From the NCBI GenBank assembly GCA_965200315.1, contig OZ241362.1:4768001-4832000 (forward strand): DNA of 64,000 nucleotides, read 5' to 3'. Below, piece by piece: positions 19,335 through 29,882 of this stretch. Source of the DNA: Candidatus Latescibacterota bacterium. Lineage in GTDB: Bacteria > Latescibacterota > UBA2968 > UBA8231. The translations under genes and the position numbers were made by a program. The stretch's first letter is position 1. The number at the start of each line of letters is the position of its first letter. The notes below the pieces were generated by a model. It made no database searches and was not told the DNA's origin. It was given only the letters and a program-made list of their open reading frames with translations.

Positions 19335-19442
19335 GCGGGCGAGACGCCCGCGCACCCAGCGATGCGCCGCATGGCCGAATGACCTTTGAATTTCATTATC
19401 TGAGACGCCCGCGCACCCAGCGATGCGGCGGATGGCACGAAT
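19335..19442. repeat. Tandem REP-like repeats
   Basis: GAGACGCCCGCGCACCCAGCGATGCG at 19341-19366 and 19402-19427; first copy within GCGGGC-GAGAC-GCCCGC hairpin. Confidence 0.75.
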
Positions 19443-19801
19443 AACGTAGGACTGCTATATAATGGAGTTTATAGATAGTAAGCTATTATCGAGTATCAGA
19501 GACAAAAAAGGCATACTACTTTGTGTAGTTTGAGGTGGTTGACATAATTCGGCGCAGTCGAGCACATTGAGCAGGCCGAGGGGCGCGGCGGACTTTAACG
19601 CGGGCGTCATGGTTGGGTATTGGGTAGGGGCGGACGACGGCCCTGTGGTTTAAGGCTGGGATACAAAGTACCGCACGCAAAACCGAAAATCAAAGAAAAA
19701 CATGTTCCCGCGGTGCCCATTGAGCTAGCTGGTGCGCCTCAGCCAAGAGCACCGCCCTCCTGCTTTTTGCCCATTCGCTTGCCGGCCTGTGCGCTGAATT
19801 C

Positions 19802-19830
19802 TTGACAAGTCTGGCGGAAAGGCGTAACAA
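19802..19830 (+). promoter_or_regulatory. Possible sigma70 promoter, possibly leaderless transcript
   Basis: TTGACA-17bp-TAACAA, 6 nt before ATG 19837, which lacks an obvious RBS. Confidence 0.3.
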
Positions 19831-19836
19831 ACAGCC

Positions 19837-22101
19837 ATGCAATATCCCTTTCTTTGCGCCGTTTTCCTCGCTGCCCTGAGCGTCCTGCCGGCTGCGGCCG
19901 ACACCATCGTCGTCGGTGCGAGCGGACTGGGCTGGCGCAGTGGGGGCGGCGCGATCCAAGCCAAGGTCATTCGCAGTGCCCAAAGCGTTGAGGGGACCAA
20001 CGCGCCCGGCGGCGTCATCGACTTTGCGCCTGCTGACTTTGCGGGCTGGATCTTCCCCCAGCGCGCCGATACCACCCTCAACATCGCCCTCGGGGCCAAC
20101 ACCGAGTCTCGCGGGGGTTCGATCACGTCGCCCAACAACCTCAACGTCCGCGGCGAACTGCCCAAGCTCATCGACGACGACGGCCAGAGCGGACTCGATC
20201 TGCGCTTGAGTGCCGGAGCCAAAAGTGCCCAAGTTTTGGGGCTGATCATCGACTTGGACTTGGGGGCGCGCTTTGGCGTTGATCGCTTCCGCTTTTTTCC
20301 GCGCAACGCCGCACCCGAATTCCCCGCGCCGAATTTTCCCTTCCAGAACGACTTTATGCGCAGCTTTGAGATTTTTATCAACGACGGCACGCCGGACACC
20401 CAGCGCGAGGGGGTGCCCATCCGCACGAGCGTGGCGCTGGAGGGCCAAAACGAAGAGGCCGTCGTCGATATCCGCATCCCGCCGCAATACGTGCGCTTCG
20501 TGCGGCTCAAATCCCTGACGGCGCTGGGGTTTGACATCGCCGAGTTGCAGGTCTTCGGCACGGGCTTTGTGCCCGAAGCCGTCTATATCTCCAACATCTT
20601 CGACTTTGGCGATCTGGCGCTGCTGGGCCATGTGCGCTGGGTGCAGGAGCAGGTCGGCGACCCGCAGCTTTCGCGGATTGCGGTGCATACGCGCACGGGC
20701 ATGGATCCCGAGCCGGTGGAATTCAACAAGGTGCGGCCCGGCGAGCAGATCTTCCGAGTGGGGGGAGGCAATGTGGGGTTGCAGTCCGATGGGGCTGGGG
20801 TCAGTAGCGGCACCGGAATCAGCAGCGGCCTCGGCACGGGCGAGGTTGGGGTGCCGTGGAAGTTCGCCAAAGACGTGGAAGACGAGGCCCTGCAAGCGCT
20901 GGTTGCGGAGGTGCTCGACAACGAGGAAGTGGATTTGCGCGACGCCGTGCAGGCGTTTAATGCGCTGTCGCAGGCGGAGCGGGAGCAGGTGACGTTGAGC
21001 GAGGCCGACTACAAGAAACTCCCGCGCGGCGACCGGGCGACGATCCGCAACGACGTGAGCAACTGGAGCGCGTGGTCGCCGCCCTATCCCGCGAGCAGCA
21101 TCGTCTCCTTGGCGGACTTGGGCACCGAAGGCGCGGGCGGCCCCATCGTCTCGCCAAACCCGCGGCGCTACTTCCAGTTTATGATCGAGTTCTTTAGCGA
21201 CGACTTTGAGGCGGCCACGGGCGTCGGGGGCCTTTCCTTTGACGTGCTGCCCTCGCCGTTTGCCGAGGAACTGATCGCCGAGATCGGCCCACGCAGCGCG
21301 GCTGTGGGTGAGCAGACGGACTTCACCTATGCGGTGCGGAGCAAATTCCGCCCCGGCGAGGACCGGGGTTTTAATCGCCTGCGGATCGCCACTCCGCTCC
21401 GGGTGGAACAGGTAGGCGCAGTGCGGATACAGCCGCCTGCGGGCGACGCGCTGGAGGCCGACTTCAGCGGCGCGGTGCTCGATGCGTTGCCCGTGGTGCG
21501 CGGCGACTTTGCGGTTGTAGAGGTGGCCGACGATGCCTTTGCCATTGAGTTTCCGACTGTGGGCGAAGACGACACCGAGTTGCGGGTGAGCTTTGCCAAC
21601 GCGGTCCTGCGCTTCGGCACCACGTTTAGCGGCCAAGTGTTTAACACCGCGTCTGAGGGCCAGTTGGGGCAGAGTGTGGTGGCCGGCAATGCGGCCGATT
21701 TGGGGGAGGGCGACCCGGACACGCAGGCACTGGGGACGCCTTTTGAGGGCAATCTGTCGGTGCAAGTACCCATCTCCGGCCAACTGCTGATCAACGTGCG
21801 TGCCCAGCCGCCGGTCTTTACTCCCAATGGAGACAGCGTCAACGACCGGGCCGAACTCCAATACGACTTGACCAATGTGGGCCGCCCCACGCGGCTGCGG
21901 GTTGCGATTTTCGATTTGGCCGGTCGGCCGGTGCGGCATCTGTACGACGCGCTGGATCAGAGTGGGCGCTTTGCCCGGCTTTGGGATGGGCGCGACGACG
22001 CGGGCCAGTTGGTGCCGCCGGGCAATTACGTGTTCAGCGTTGCGCTGGATGCCAAGACGGGGCGAGCTAGGGAGGTTGGGCTGGTTGCGGTGGTTTATTG
22101 A
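19837..22101 (+). CDS. Secreted protein with discoidin-like domain and C-terminal FlgD-Ig-like domain (paralog 1)
   Basis: Signal peptide; DLGARFGVDRFRFFPR, IAELQVFG, FTPNGD, WDGRD..G..VPPGNY, ends VAVVY. Confidence 0.8.
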   Translation: MQYPFLCAVFLAALSVLPAAADTIVVGASGLGWRSGGGAIQAKVIRSAQSVEGTNAPGGVIDFAPADFAGWIFPQRADTTLNIALGANTESRGGSITSPNNLNVRGELPKLIDDDGQSGLDLRLSAGAKSAQVLGLIIDLDLGARFGVDRFRFFPRNAAPEFPAPNFPFQNDFMRSFEIFINDGTPDTQREGVPIRTSVALEGQNEEAVVDIRIPPQYVRFVRLKSLTALGFDIAELQVFGTGFVPEAVYISNIFDFGDLALLGHVRWVQEQVGDPQLSRIAVHTRTGMDPEPVEFNKVRPGEQIFRVGGGNVGLQSDGAGVSSGTGISSGLGTGEVGVPWKFAKDVEDEALQALVAEVLDNEEVDLRDAVQAFNALSQAEREQVTLSEADYKKLPRGDRATIRNDVSNWSAWSPPYPASSIVSLADLGTEGAGGPIVSPNPRRYFQFMIEFFSDDFEAATGVGGLSFDVLPSPFAEELIAEIGPRSAAVGEQTDFTYAVRSKFRPGEDRGFNRLRIATPLRVEQVGAVRIQPPAGDALEADFSGAVLDALPVVRGDFAVVEVADDAFAIEFPTVGEDDTELRVSFANAVLRFGTTFSGQVFNTASEGQLGQSVVAGNAADLGEGDPDTQALGTPFEGNLSVQVPISGQLLINVRAQPPVFTPNGDSVNDRAELQYDLTNVGRPTRLRVAIFDLAGRPVRHLYDALDQSGRFARLWDGRDDAGQLVPPGNYVFSVALDAKTGRAREVGLVAVVY

Positions 22102-22177
22102 TGGGGTACTCGGGGTCGTCTTGGACGCGCCGCACTCGTCCGCAGGACGCAAAAAAACCGCAATTTTTGAATTACTG

Positions 22178-22341
22178 ACTGATGTTACGCAGCCTTATGC
22201 CGCATCTACTGCTTGCTAGCCACTCGTCGTCCTTCCCGCGCAAGAACGTCACCCCGTGCCCCGACACGGGGCGGGAATCCAGGCCAGCGCATGAGCCTCG
22301 AACTGCTTGCACAGGCATGACAATAGCTGCGTAACATCAGT
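22178..22341. mobile_element. MITE/REPIN-like 164-bp element
   Basis: Perfect 16-bp inverted repeats ACTGATGTTACGCAGC / GCTGCGTAACATCAGT enclosing REP-like palindromes (CCCCGTG..CACGGGG, GCGGGAATCCAG). Confidence 0.6.
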
Positions 22342-22417
22342 GAATTATAAAAATAATTGACACATTCAGTCCTAGTTCGGCTGGCCTCGCCCGGTGCTCT
22401 CTACAAGCGTGTGGGAA

Positions 22418-25207
22418 ATGCGTATGCTGAAAAATTACTTCGTCATCTTGGGGTTGGTATTGGTCGTGGGCGTCCCGGCTGGGGGCCAGACCGACGTCCA
22501 GCGCGGCGGGTCGGTCACTTTTGCGCCGACTGGTCCGGGCGTACTCTTTGGTGCGCTCGATCCGGCGGTCAAAAAGTGGTACGTGCCGCAGGAACTCTTC
22601 TTCGACTACGGCTGGCGCCAGTGGGAATACTCCAACTACGCCCGCACTCCGTATGAGCGCTACGTCAACACCACCCGCGAGGGCGACTATTTCTACGATG
22701 TGTACGGCAACTTCACCACGCGCGGTTGGCTGATCTACGACTGGCGTCAGTTCCAGCCGCAGCCCCTGGGCAGCGGCATCTTCCAGAGCACGCGCTTCAA
22801 CCGTTGGTTCAATGCGGTGACCATCAGCGGCGATTCGCAGGGGCAGTACAACTACGCGATCACGGTCGGCGACCGGATTCGCACGACGCTGACGCCGCTG
22901 ACCTTTTCCAAGCCGGACTTCAACGGGGTGCAGGTGGATTTTGCCGCGGACAAGTACCAAGCGACGATCCTCGCCTCGCGCATCAGCGAGCCGATCCGCG
23001 GCTCCACCCAGCTTTCGGGCGGGATTACCGAGCCGGTGACGCAGACCAACATCACCTCGTTGTTCGGCGGGCGGGCGACCTTTCAGGTAGGTGATTTCGT
23101 CGAGTTGGGCGCCCAAGTGATGGGCGCCAGCAACGGCAATACGCTGCTCGACATGTTCAACGGCGACCTGATCGCCGGCAGCCTCACCGCTGGGCAGAGC
23201 ACGGCACCGCTGACGGCGATTGCGGTGATTCTGAGCGACGACTCGCCCGACGACAACGAAGGGGGTGCGGCGCTGTTTAGCCACGACGTGCGGATTACCA
23301 GCCGCGACTTCGACACCGGCAAGGAGACGGTTACCACCTTGCGAGAAGTGGTCCGCCCCGGCTCGCAGTGGCCGATCATCTTCGGCGGGTTCCGGCGTCC
23401 GGGCTTTTTAGCGGCAGACGGCCCAGAGCGGATCATCGTCAACTACGACTTCAACGACCCGGCCTATGTTGGTCCAGACCCGACGACGATCGTCGGGGTG
23501 GATTTCAACTTTGTGCTGGCCAACGACTTCAAGGTCGAGATGTGGTCCGACCGCCAGACGGGGTTGCGCGGCGCACCGCCTGCGCCGTTGACCGCCGAGG
23601 TGATCGACGCGGCGCAACCTGCGTTGATTGTAGTGAGGCGGGCTGAGGGCAATGTCGCGGACATTACGAACTTGCAGCGGATTGAGTTTTCCTACGGCCT
23701 GCCGACGGCCAATTTGGTCGGCGGTTTCACCATTGAAGGCACCGGCGTCCTCGGCTTCGACTTCTACGGCGAGTGGGACCGCAACAAGCGCTATTTCCAG
23801 TTTCCCAATGCCGCGCTGTTCAACGAGGGCGAAGAGCACGCGATTTCCTCCGAGGGGTCCGACGCTTGGTACTTCAATGTCTCGCGCAATGTGTTCCCCT
23901 ATTTTTTCTACGGCGAAGCCTACTCCATAGACGAAGCCTATTCGACGACCGCCTTCTTGGTCAGTGCCACGGGCGATGTGCAATACGACAATACCCAGCG
24001 GCACCTCTACGAGTTCGTCGATGACAACGACGACCAAGACCGCTTCCCCGATTGGATTCGCTTTGGCTCGACCAACGACCGGGCGATTTTTCCCGGCTGG
24101 GACCAAAACAACGACTTCATCTCCGACTTCAACCAGAACGACAACGCCACCGCGGCCAATATTATCCCTGACTACGACGAGCCGTTTCTGCGCTACAATG
24201 TCGATCGGCCGGAGTTTCTCTTTGGCATTGATTTGAATAACAACAACTGGATCGACCGCTTTGAAGACGACGATCTGCCCGATTATCCGTACAAGCCAGA
24301 CCGGCGGGGATACAATGTTTTCGGCGGAGTTCACCTCGCGCCGGATATGCGGCTGACTATTGGCCGCACGGACGAAAAATCGCCGGCGACCGACGCGTTC
24401 AACGAGACCAATTACGCGATGTTCACGCTGGATCGGGACTACGCGGGCTCGGGGCACTTGCGGGTTTTCAACATGCTCAAACAGGCCCAAGACACCATTC
24501 CCGATGCCCGACGCGAGCCTACCCCGTTTGTGGGTGCGCCGATCCAGCCGGTGGTGCGCGACCTGTTGGCGGCACAGGACACTTGGGTCAATACCGCGTA
24601 CGCGCAGTTCGATTATCAGGGCATCAAAGGGCTAAACGTGGTCAACAAATTCAAGTGGGAGCGTTTCCAGCAAAACGCGCAAGACCCGCGCGACAGTATG
24701 GGTCGCCCATTGGAAGGTAGCGCGAGTTTCCTCGGGCTGATCAACAAGGTGGACTACATCTACGGCCTCGGTCGCTTTGACTTGCAGCCGAGGTGCAAGA
24801 GCGAGTTTTTGCGGCAGACGCCCTTTGTCGCCGACGAAGAGCGGCGCGAGGAATGGGCCCTGACCGTGCAGTTGATCGCCCGCCTACCAGTTATGAGGCG
24901 CACGGTTATCGAATCCGGCGTGGAGCAGTTGTGGTTTAGCGACCGAGTGCAGGACGAGGACGCGCTGCGGGCGGCGGGGCTTTTGCAAGACACCGGGGAT
25001 TGGCGCTCGACCCATATCGCAGTGCAGCTCTCGACGACTTCCGACTATCAGGGATACCGGCTGACCACGCAAGCGGGCCTGCGCTTTGGCCGCATCCTCA
25101 GCGAGCGGGTGATTGAGGACAGCGACCGGCCGGGCGTTTTCAAAACCGACGACAAGGGTAAGAATGAGACCACGACCTTTATCACGGTATTCGCCGGTCT
25201 GGAGTGA
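22418..25207 (+). CDS. Large exported, outer-membrane-like hypothetical protein (paralog A)
   Basis: Signal peptide, acidic DxNxD-type motifs, beta-rich C-terminus ending ITVFAGLE; clear paralog of 26892-29756. Confidence 0.75.
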   Translation: MRMLKNYFVILGLVLVVGVPAGGQTDVQRGGSVTFAPTGPGVLFGALDPAVKKWYVPQELFFDYGWRQWEYSNYARTPYERYVNTTREGDYFYDVYGNFTTRGWLIYDWRQFQPQPLGSGIFQSTRFNRWFNAVTISGDSQGQYNYAITVGDRIRTTLTPLTFSKPDFNGVQVDFAADKYQATILASRISEPIRGSTQLSGGITEPVTQTNITSLFGGRATFQVGDFVELGAQVMGASNGNTLLDMFNGDLIAGSLTAGQSTAPLTAIAVILSDDSPDDNEGGAALFSHDVRITSRDFDTGKETVTTLREVVRPGSQWPIIFGGFRRPGFLAADGPERIIVNYDFNDPAYVGPDPTTIVGVDFNFVLANDFKVEMWSDRQTGLRGAPPAPLTAEVIDAAQPALIVVRRAEGNVADITNLQRIEFSYGLPTANLVGGFTIEGTGVLGFDFYGEWDRNKRYFQFPNAALFNEGEEHAISSEGSDAWYFNVSRNVFPYFFYGEAYSIDEAYSTTAFLVSATGDVQYDNTQRHLYEFVDDNDDQDRFPDWIRFGSTNDRAIFPGWDQNNDFISDFNQNDNATAANIIPDYDEPFLRYNVDRPEFLFGIDLNNNNWIDRFEDDDLPDYPYKPDRRGYNVFGGVHLAPDMRLTIGRTDEKSPATDAFNETNYAMFTLDRDYAGSGHLRVFNMLKQAQDTIPDARREPTPFVGAPIQPVVRDLLAAQDTWVNTAYAQFDYQGIKGLNVVNKFKWERFQQNAQDPRDSMGRPLEGSASFLGLINKVDYIYGLGRFDLQPRCKSEFLRQTPFVADEERREEWALTVQLIARLPVMRRTVIESGVEQLWFSDRVQDEDALRAAGLLQDTGDWRSTHIAVQLSTTSDYQGYRLTTQAGLRFGRILSERVIEDSDRPGVFKTDDKGKNETTTFITVFAGLE

Positions 25208-25211
25208 GGCC

Positions 25212-26804
25212 GTGTGGCGCTTTTGCTTGCTGGTGATTGTGGCCTTGGGTTGCGCCCAAGAGCCTGAGGAGTTGGTGCTGGCCCGAGTGGATGGCGAGCC
25301 GATTACTGAGTCGGAGTTCAGGGGGTTTGACGCGCGGATTCCCGCGGGGATGAAAGAGGGAGGCCAGCGCCAAGTGCTCGAGAGCCTGATCGACAAAAAG
25401 CTGCTACTGAGCGAAGCGGACGCCGCCAATATGGCTGAAGACAGTTGGTTCAAAGGCGAACTAGCCCGCTTCAAACGCGCTCGGCTGATGGCGCTGTACA
25501 TAGAGCGCGAGGTCGTCGCCAAGATCGACATCACCCCCGAGGAAATAGAGAGGTACTACCGAAAGAGCGGCCGGCATCGCGCCCTGCGCTTGGGAGGCAT
25601 CATGGTCGGGAGTTTGGCGGAAGCACTCGCAATCACCGACCAGCTTGCCGCGGGGGCTGATTTCCACGAGTTGGCCAGTGCGCACTCGGTTCACGAGCGG
25701 ACTGCCGGGCGGGGTGGCGACACGGGCATCTACCAGACGCGCGATCAGATGTCGGAAGAGACGGTCGAGCAGGTGCTCGGGTTGGCGATAGGGGGTATTT
25801 CCGCGCCGGTGCGCGAAGTGTTCGGCCACGAGGACTTTTACGTGATCTACAAAGTCCTCGACGAGATTCCAGCGCCGCTTACTGCGTCGGAGCAGATCAT
25901 CGTCGAGGAGCTGACGGTGCAAAAGCGCGAGGAGCGATTGCAGGCACTCCGCGATTCGCTGGTGCAAGCGTACGCACCGATGCCGCGCCCGGCCGCGGTC
26001 CAGCGGCTCGTCGCGGACGGGGTCATGGCGGACCAAGCCGCGGTTCTCTGCACGTATCGGGGCGGCGAACTCACCGTCAGCGGTTTTTTGGCGGCGTACG
26101 AGCGTCTCGCCGGCCGGAGCTTACAGGCGGCCGACAGTGCGCACGTGGCTGAGGTGTTGCAGCGCCGAGTGCTGCCCGACCTGTTCGTGAGCGCCGAGAT
26201 TGAGGCGGCCGGTTTGGCAGAGGATGCGCGGTTTGAAGAGACTGTGGCGTTTAAGAGCGAGGAGTTGCTGCTCAGCGCATTGCGCCGGCGGGAGGTCGAC
26301 CAATACGTGAGTGTAACCGAAGCAGAAGCGCGCGACTTCTACGAAGCGCATCCCGAAAAATTCGCTCGGCCCGAGAGCACGACCATCGTCGAGATTTTGG
26401 TGGCGTCGGATTCGCTGGCTCAGCGCTTGGGGGACGAGCTGCGCACCGGGGGCGATGCGGCCGCGCTGGCCCAGCGGCATACCCGGCGCGAGGGCAGCTT
26501 GCACCACGGCGGCCAGATGCAACTCAATGCGTACACCCAAGGGTTGTTTCCCGTGCTGTCCGCTGCCGTGCAGGAAGTCGCCGTCGGCGAGGTGGGCGGG
26601 CCGTTGAAGACCGAGCAGGGCTATTCGGTCTTCAAGGTGCTGGAGCGTACGCGCGAGCAGATCTCGTACAACGCCGAATCACAGCGCCGCGCCCGCGCTT
26701 ATGTGCGGATCGACAAGTCGAAAAGGGCCTACGTGCGGTTCGTGCGCGAGTTGCGGAATAAGTACCCGGTGGAAATTGTCGAGGGTGGTTTGGAAAAGCT
26801 GTAA
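25212..26804 (+). CDS. PpiC/parvulin peptidyl-prolyl isomerase (SurA/PrsA-like) lipoprotein
   Basis: Lipobox ALGC, LARVDGEPIT, two rotamase-like repeats (GADFHELASAHS..GGDTG; GEVGGPLKTEQGYSVFKV). Confidence 0.85.
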   Translation: MWRFCLLVIVALGCAQEPEELVLARVDGEPITESEFRGFDARIPAGMKEGGQRQVLESLIDKKLLLSEADAANMAEDSWFKGELARFKRARLMALYIEREVVAKIDITPEEIERYYRKSGRHRALRLGGIMVGSLAEALAITDQLAAGADFHELASAHSVHERTAGRGGDTGIYQTRDQMSEETVEQVLGLAIGGISAPVREVFGHEDFYVIYKVLDEIPAPLTASEQIIVEELTVQKREERLQALRDSLVQAYAPMPRPAAVQRLVADGVMADQAAVLCTYRGGELTVSGFLAAYERLAGRSLQAADSAHVAEVLQRRVLPDLFVSAEIEAAGLAEDARFEETVAFKSEELLLSALRRREVDQYVSVTEAEARDFYEAHPEKFARPESTTIVEILVASDSLAQRLGDELRTGGDAAALAQRHTRREGSLHHGGQMQLNAYTQGLFPVLSAAVQEVAVGEVGGPLKTEQGYSVFKVLERTREQISYNAESQRRARAYVRIDKSKRAYVRFVRELRNKYPVEIVEGGLEKL

Positions 26805-26891
26805 ACCCCGGATACCCGTATGAGGATTTTTCGCTTCACACCCTTTTGCCGTCTGACGAATTCGCCAATCAACTTGGAAAAGCTCTGAACC

Positions 26892-29756
26892 GTGCGTTGG
26901 ATGGCTTACATAGCGTTGGTCTTGGCACTGGCCTGGCCGGCTGGAGCGCAGACGGATTACGGCTACCGCTTGGGATGGCAGGAAAGAGGCGAAGTCCGCT
27001 TCAATGCCCAAGGGCCAAGTGTGCTGATGGGGGCTTTAGACCCCACGGTCATGCGCTGGTACATGCCGCAGGAGCTGTTCGACGAGTACGGCCGCCGCCA
27101 GTGGCGCTACACCAACTACGCCAGCGAGCCGTACCGGCGCTACATCGACCGCAACCAAGAGGGCACGTATTTCTACGACACCTACGGCAAGCTGATCTCG
27201 CGCGGCTGGCTGGTGTACGACTGGCGACAGACTCAGGCGCGCACGGTCGAGAGCAGCGAGTTGACCAAAGAGCGGCGCTACGCCACTTGGTTCAACCGGC
27301 TGATTATCTCCTCGGATGCAAGCGGCGACTACAACTACTCGCTGATGATCGGCGACGAAATTTTCGCCACCCTGACGCCGATGACCTTTCGCAAGGTTGG
27401 CTTTAATGGGGTCGTAACGAGCCTTGATGCACGGCATTTGCGCTTCACCGGCTTGTTTTCGCGCCCGAGCCTGCCCATCGTCGAGATCGACCCGGACATT
27501 CCGACGGCCTCGCAGGACAACTTCACCAGTTTGATCGCCGGGCGTCTAGAGGCCGATTTGGGGGCCAACGCGACCTTGGGCCTGACGTTGGTCAATGCCC
27601 ACAACGGGGCCGGCAACCGCGAGAGCTTTGCGGGTAATCCGCTCAAAGGTGTGCTGACGACCGGGCAGTTAGGTAGAAGGCTCAACAAGCTGATCGTGCG
27701 GCTGTCCGACGATTCGCCCGCCGACGGCGAGGGCGGGCCGGTGTTGTTCGGCACACAGGTGGAGATCACCACAGCTCTTCAGCGCGAGGTGCCGGTCGCA
27801 GGCGGCGTACGGAAGGTCTTTAAGGACACCACGTTCACCGGCAGCAGCGTTGGCTTTGCGCCGGTGATAGAGGGTGGACAGGAGCGCGGCGGGTTTTTGC
27901 GGGCCGACGGGGCGGAGAGCATTGTGCTGCAGTACGCGTTGGCGGCCGAAGAGGGCGAAAGCGAGGAGGGCACCTTGCGCTTGGCCTTGCAGCGCCGGTT
28001 GGAGTTAGGGCTGGACGAGGCCGACGACGCCATCGCCCGCGTCAAAAACGTGCGTTTCCGCTTCGTGCTGGCCAATGACTACCGGATCGAAGTAGCCTCC
28101 GACCGGCAAAACAGCCGCATCGGCATCCCGGAGTTTTTGGTGGTGACGCGGGCGGCTGGCAACGTCAAAAATCAGCTCAATCCGTGCGAGGTGGTCTTTG
28201 ACTATGGCCTGCCGACCGCTGCGCAGATCGCCGGTATTACGGCCGAGGTGCGCGACTGGCAGGGCTTTGACTTTTATGGAGAATTCAACGTCAGTACCCA
28301 GTACCGCCAATTCCCCTCGACGACGCGCGAATCGCACCGCTCGTTTTCCGGGATCCAAGGCGACGAGCATGCCGTTGGCTGGCTGTTCAATCTCGTGCGG
28401 CAGGCCGGCCCTTGGCGCTTCGCTCTCGAAGGCTTTGGCATGGACGACGCCTACGCCACCAGCTTTAAGCCGGTGGATGGTCGCGGCTTGGTCGACTATG
28501 CGCCCGAAGCCACGGACCGGCTCTACGATTTCGTCGAAGACAACGACGATCAGGACCGCCACCCCGACCAGAAGCGGTTTTTCGAGGGCGGGTTGGTGCC
28601 GCCGCAATCGACTGCGCTGGGTGGCTTTCAGGTGCGCTCGGACGGTGTGCCCGACCCGGCGGTTTTTCCCGGATACGACGAAAACGGCGACTTCATCGCC
28701 GACCTCAATCAGAATAGAAACTTCTTCCCCGACTACGAAGAGCCTTTCCTGCGCCACCACTCGGACCGGCCGGAGTTCCTCTTTGGCATTGACTTAAACA
28801 ACAACGGCTGGGCCGAGCGCTTTGAAAACGACGATTTGCCCGACTATCCCTATAAGAAAGACCACTGGGGCTACAACGCCTACGCCAGCGTGGAGGTCAA
28901 CCCGGAAATCCGCCTCTCGGCCGGCTATCTGCGCCAGAACATGCGCCAGACCGACCGCAAAAATCACACGGCCTACGGGCTCATTACTTTTGAACGGGAT
29001 TGGCCCGGCCGCGGCCAAGTGCGGGTCTTCGACATGCTGAAGAAGGCCGCCGACACCATTCCCGATCCGCTGTCGCAGTGGATCGTGCCGACGCTCGAAT
29101 TCGGGGCGGCGGGGCAGACGAGCGGGCAGCACATTGCCGTGCCCGATTTGCTGGCGGCCGAGGACACTTGGATCAATGCGTTTTACGCTGAGTGGCAACA
29201 CGCCAGTCCACGGCGCTGGAAGACTAAGCACCGCTTCAAATGGGAGTGGTGGCACCAGCGCGACTCGCAACTTGGTGCGCTGGGGCCGTTGGGCCGCAAT
29301 GGCCGCGAGCGTTCAGGTTTTGTGGGGTTGATCGACAAGATCGACGGCGTCTTTACGTGGGGCGCGGTGGCGATTTTGCCCCGCCTTAAAAGCGAGTTTC
29401 TCAGTCAATCGCCCTTCTCCTTGGCCGAGCGTCGCCGCCGCTCTTGGGATGGGATCGGGTCGCTGTTGGTCCGCTTTCCGGTGATGCGGGACTCGGAGCT
29501 TGAGCTGGGGTTTGAGCAGCGGCTGTTCTTCGAGTTGCTGCGGGACGAAAAGCCGCTGGCGGAAAACGTGCTGACGGGCGATTTCCGCGGCACGGTGTGG
29601 GCGGCGCAATTGAGCAATCAGCGAGAGTATCTAGGCTACGGATTGACGACTCAGCTCGGGTTGCGCTTTGATCGGCGTTCTTTGGAAGTGGTCGGGCGAG
29701 AGCGCGAGACGCGGGTCGCTGGGCTGGCGTTTCTGTCGATATTTGCCAGTCTGTGA
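26892..29756 (+). CDS. Large exported, outer-membrane-like hypothetical protein (paralog B)
   Basis: Shares GALDP..WY.PQELF, RGWL.YDWRQ, DNDDQDR.PD, DRPEFLFGIDLNNN.W..RFE.DDLPDYPYK with paralog A; ends LSIFASL. Confidence 0.75.
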   Translation: MRWMAYIALVLALAWPAGAQTDYGYRLGWQERGEVRFNAQGPSVLMGALDPTVMRWYMPQELFDEYGRRQWRYTNYASEPYRRYIDRNQEGTYFYDTYGKLISRGWLVYDWRQTQARTVESSELTKERRYATWFNRLIISSDASGDYNYSLMIGDEIFATLTPMTFRKVGFNGVVTSLDARHLRFTGLFSRPSLPIVEIDPDIPTASQDNFTSLIAGRLEADLGANATLGLTLVNAHNGAGNRESFAGNPLKGVLTTGQLGRRLNKLIVRLSDDSPADGEGGPVLFGTQVEITTALQREVPVAGGVRKVFKDTTFTGSSVGFAPVIEGGQERGGFLRADGAESIVLQYALAAEEGESEEGTLRLALQRRLELGLDEADDAIARVKNVRFRFVLANDYRIEVASDRQNSRIGIPEFLVVTRAAGNVKNQLNPCEVVFDYGLPTAAQIAGITAEVRDWQGFDFYGEFNVSTQYRQFPSTTRESHRSFSGIQGDEHAVGWLFNLVRQAGPWRFALEGFGMDDAYATSFKPVDGRGLVDYAPEATDRLYDFVEDNDDQDRHPDQKRFFEGGLVPPQSTALGGFQVRSDGVPDPAVFPGYDENGDFIADLNQNRNFFPDYEEPFLRHHSDRPEFLFGIDLNNNGWAERFENDDLPDYPYKKDHWGYNAYASVEVNPEIRLSAGYLRQNMRQTDRKNHTAYGLITFERDWPGRGQVRVFDMLKKAADTIPDPLSQWIVPTLEFGAAGQTSGQHIAVPDLLAAEDTWINAFYAEWQHASPRRWKTKHRFKWEWWHQRDSQLGALGPLGRNGRERSGFVGLIDKIDGVFTWGAVAILPRLKSEFLSQSPFSLAERRRRSWDGIGSLLVRFPVMRDSELELGFEQRLFFELLRDEKPLAENVLTGDFRGTVWAAQLSNQREYLGYGLTTQLGLRFDRRSLEVVGRERETRVAGLAFLSIFASL

Positions 29757-29882
29757 GAGCGTCAGTTGTGGAACTGGAAGCAGAGGACGACAGCAAGCTG
29801 TTGATGTTTAGCTCTTTTCGCGCTTCCACGTCATTTGGATTACTACCGCCTATATCGCCAGAGGGCTATTAAAAAGGGCCTT

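Noticed and set aside
19341-19427. Possible CRISPR (26-bp repeat, 35-bp gap)
   Set aside because: Only two copies, similarity continues past the repeat, REP-like palindrome, no cas genes.
19690-22152. 820-aa minus-strand ORF
   Set aside because: Antisense shadow of the FlgD-Ig gene; no motifs; expected in high-GC coding DNA.
23408-24490. 360-aa minus-strand ORF, and similar ones at 911-1924, 22337-23284, 55147-56052
   Set aside because: Antisense shadows of credible genes.
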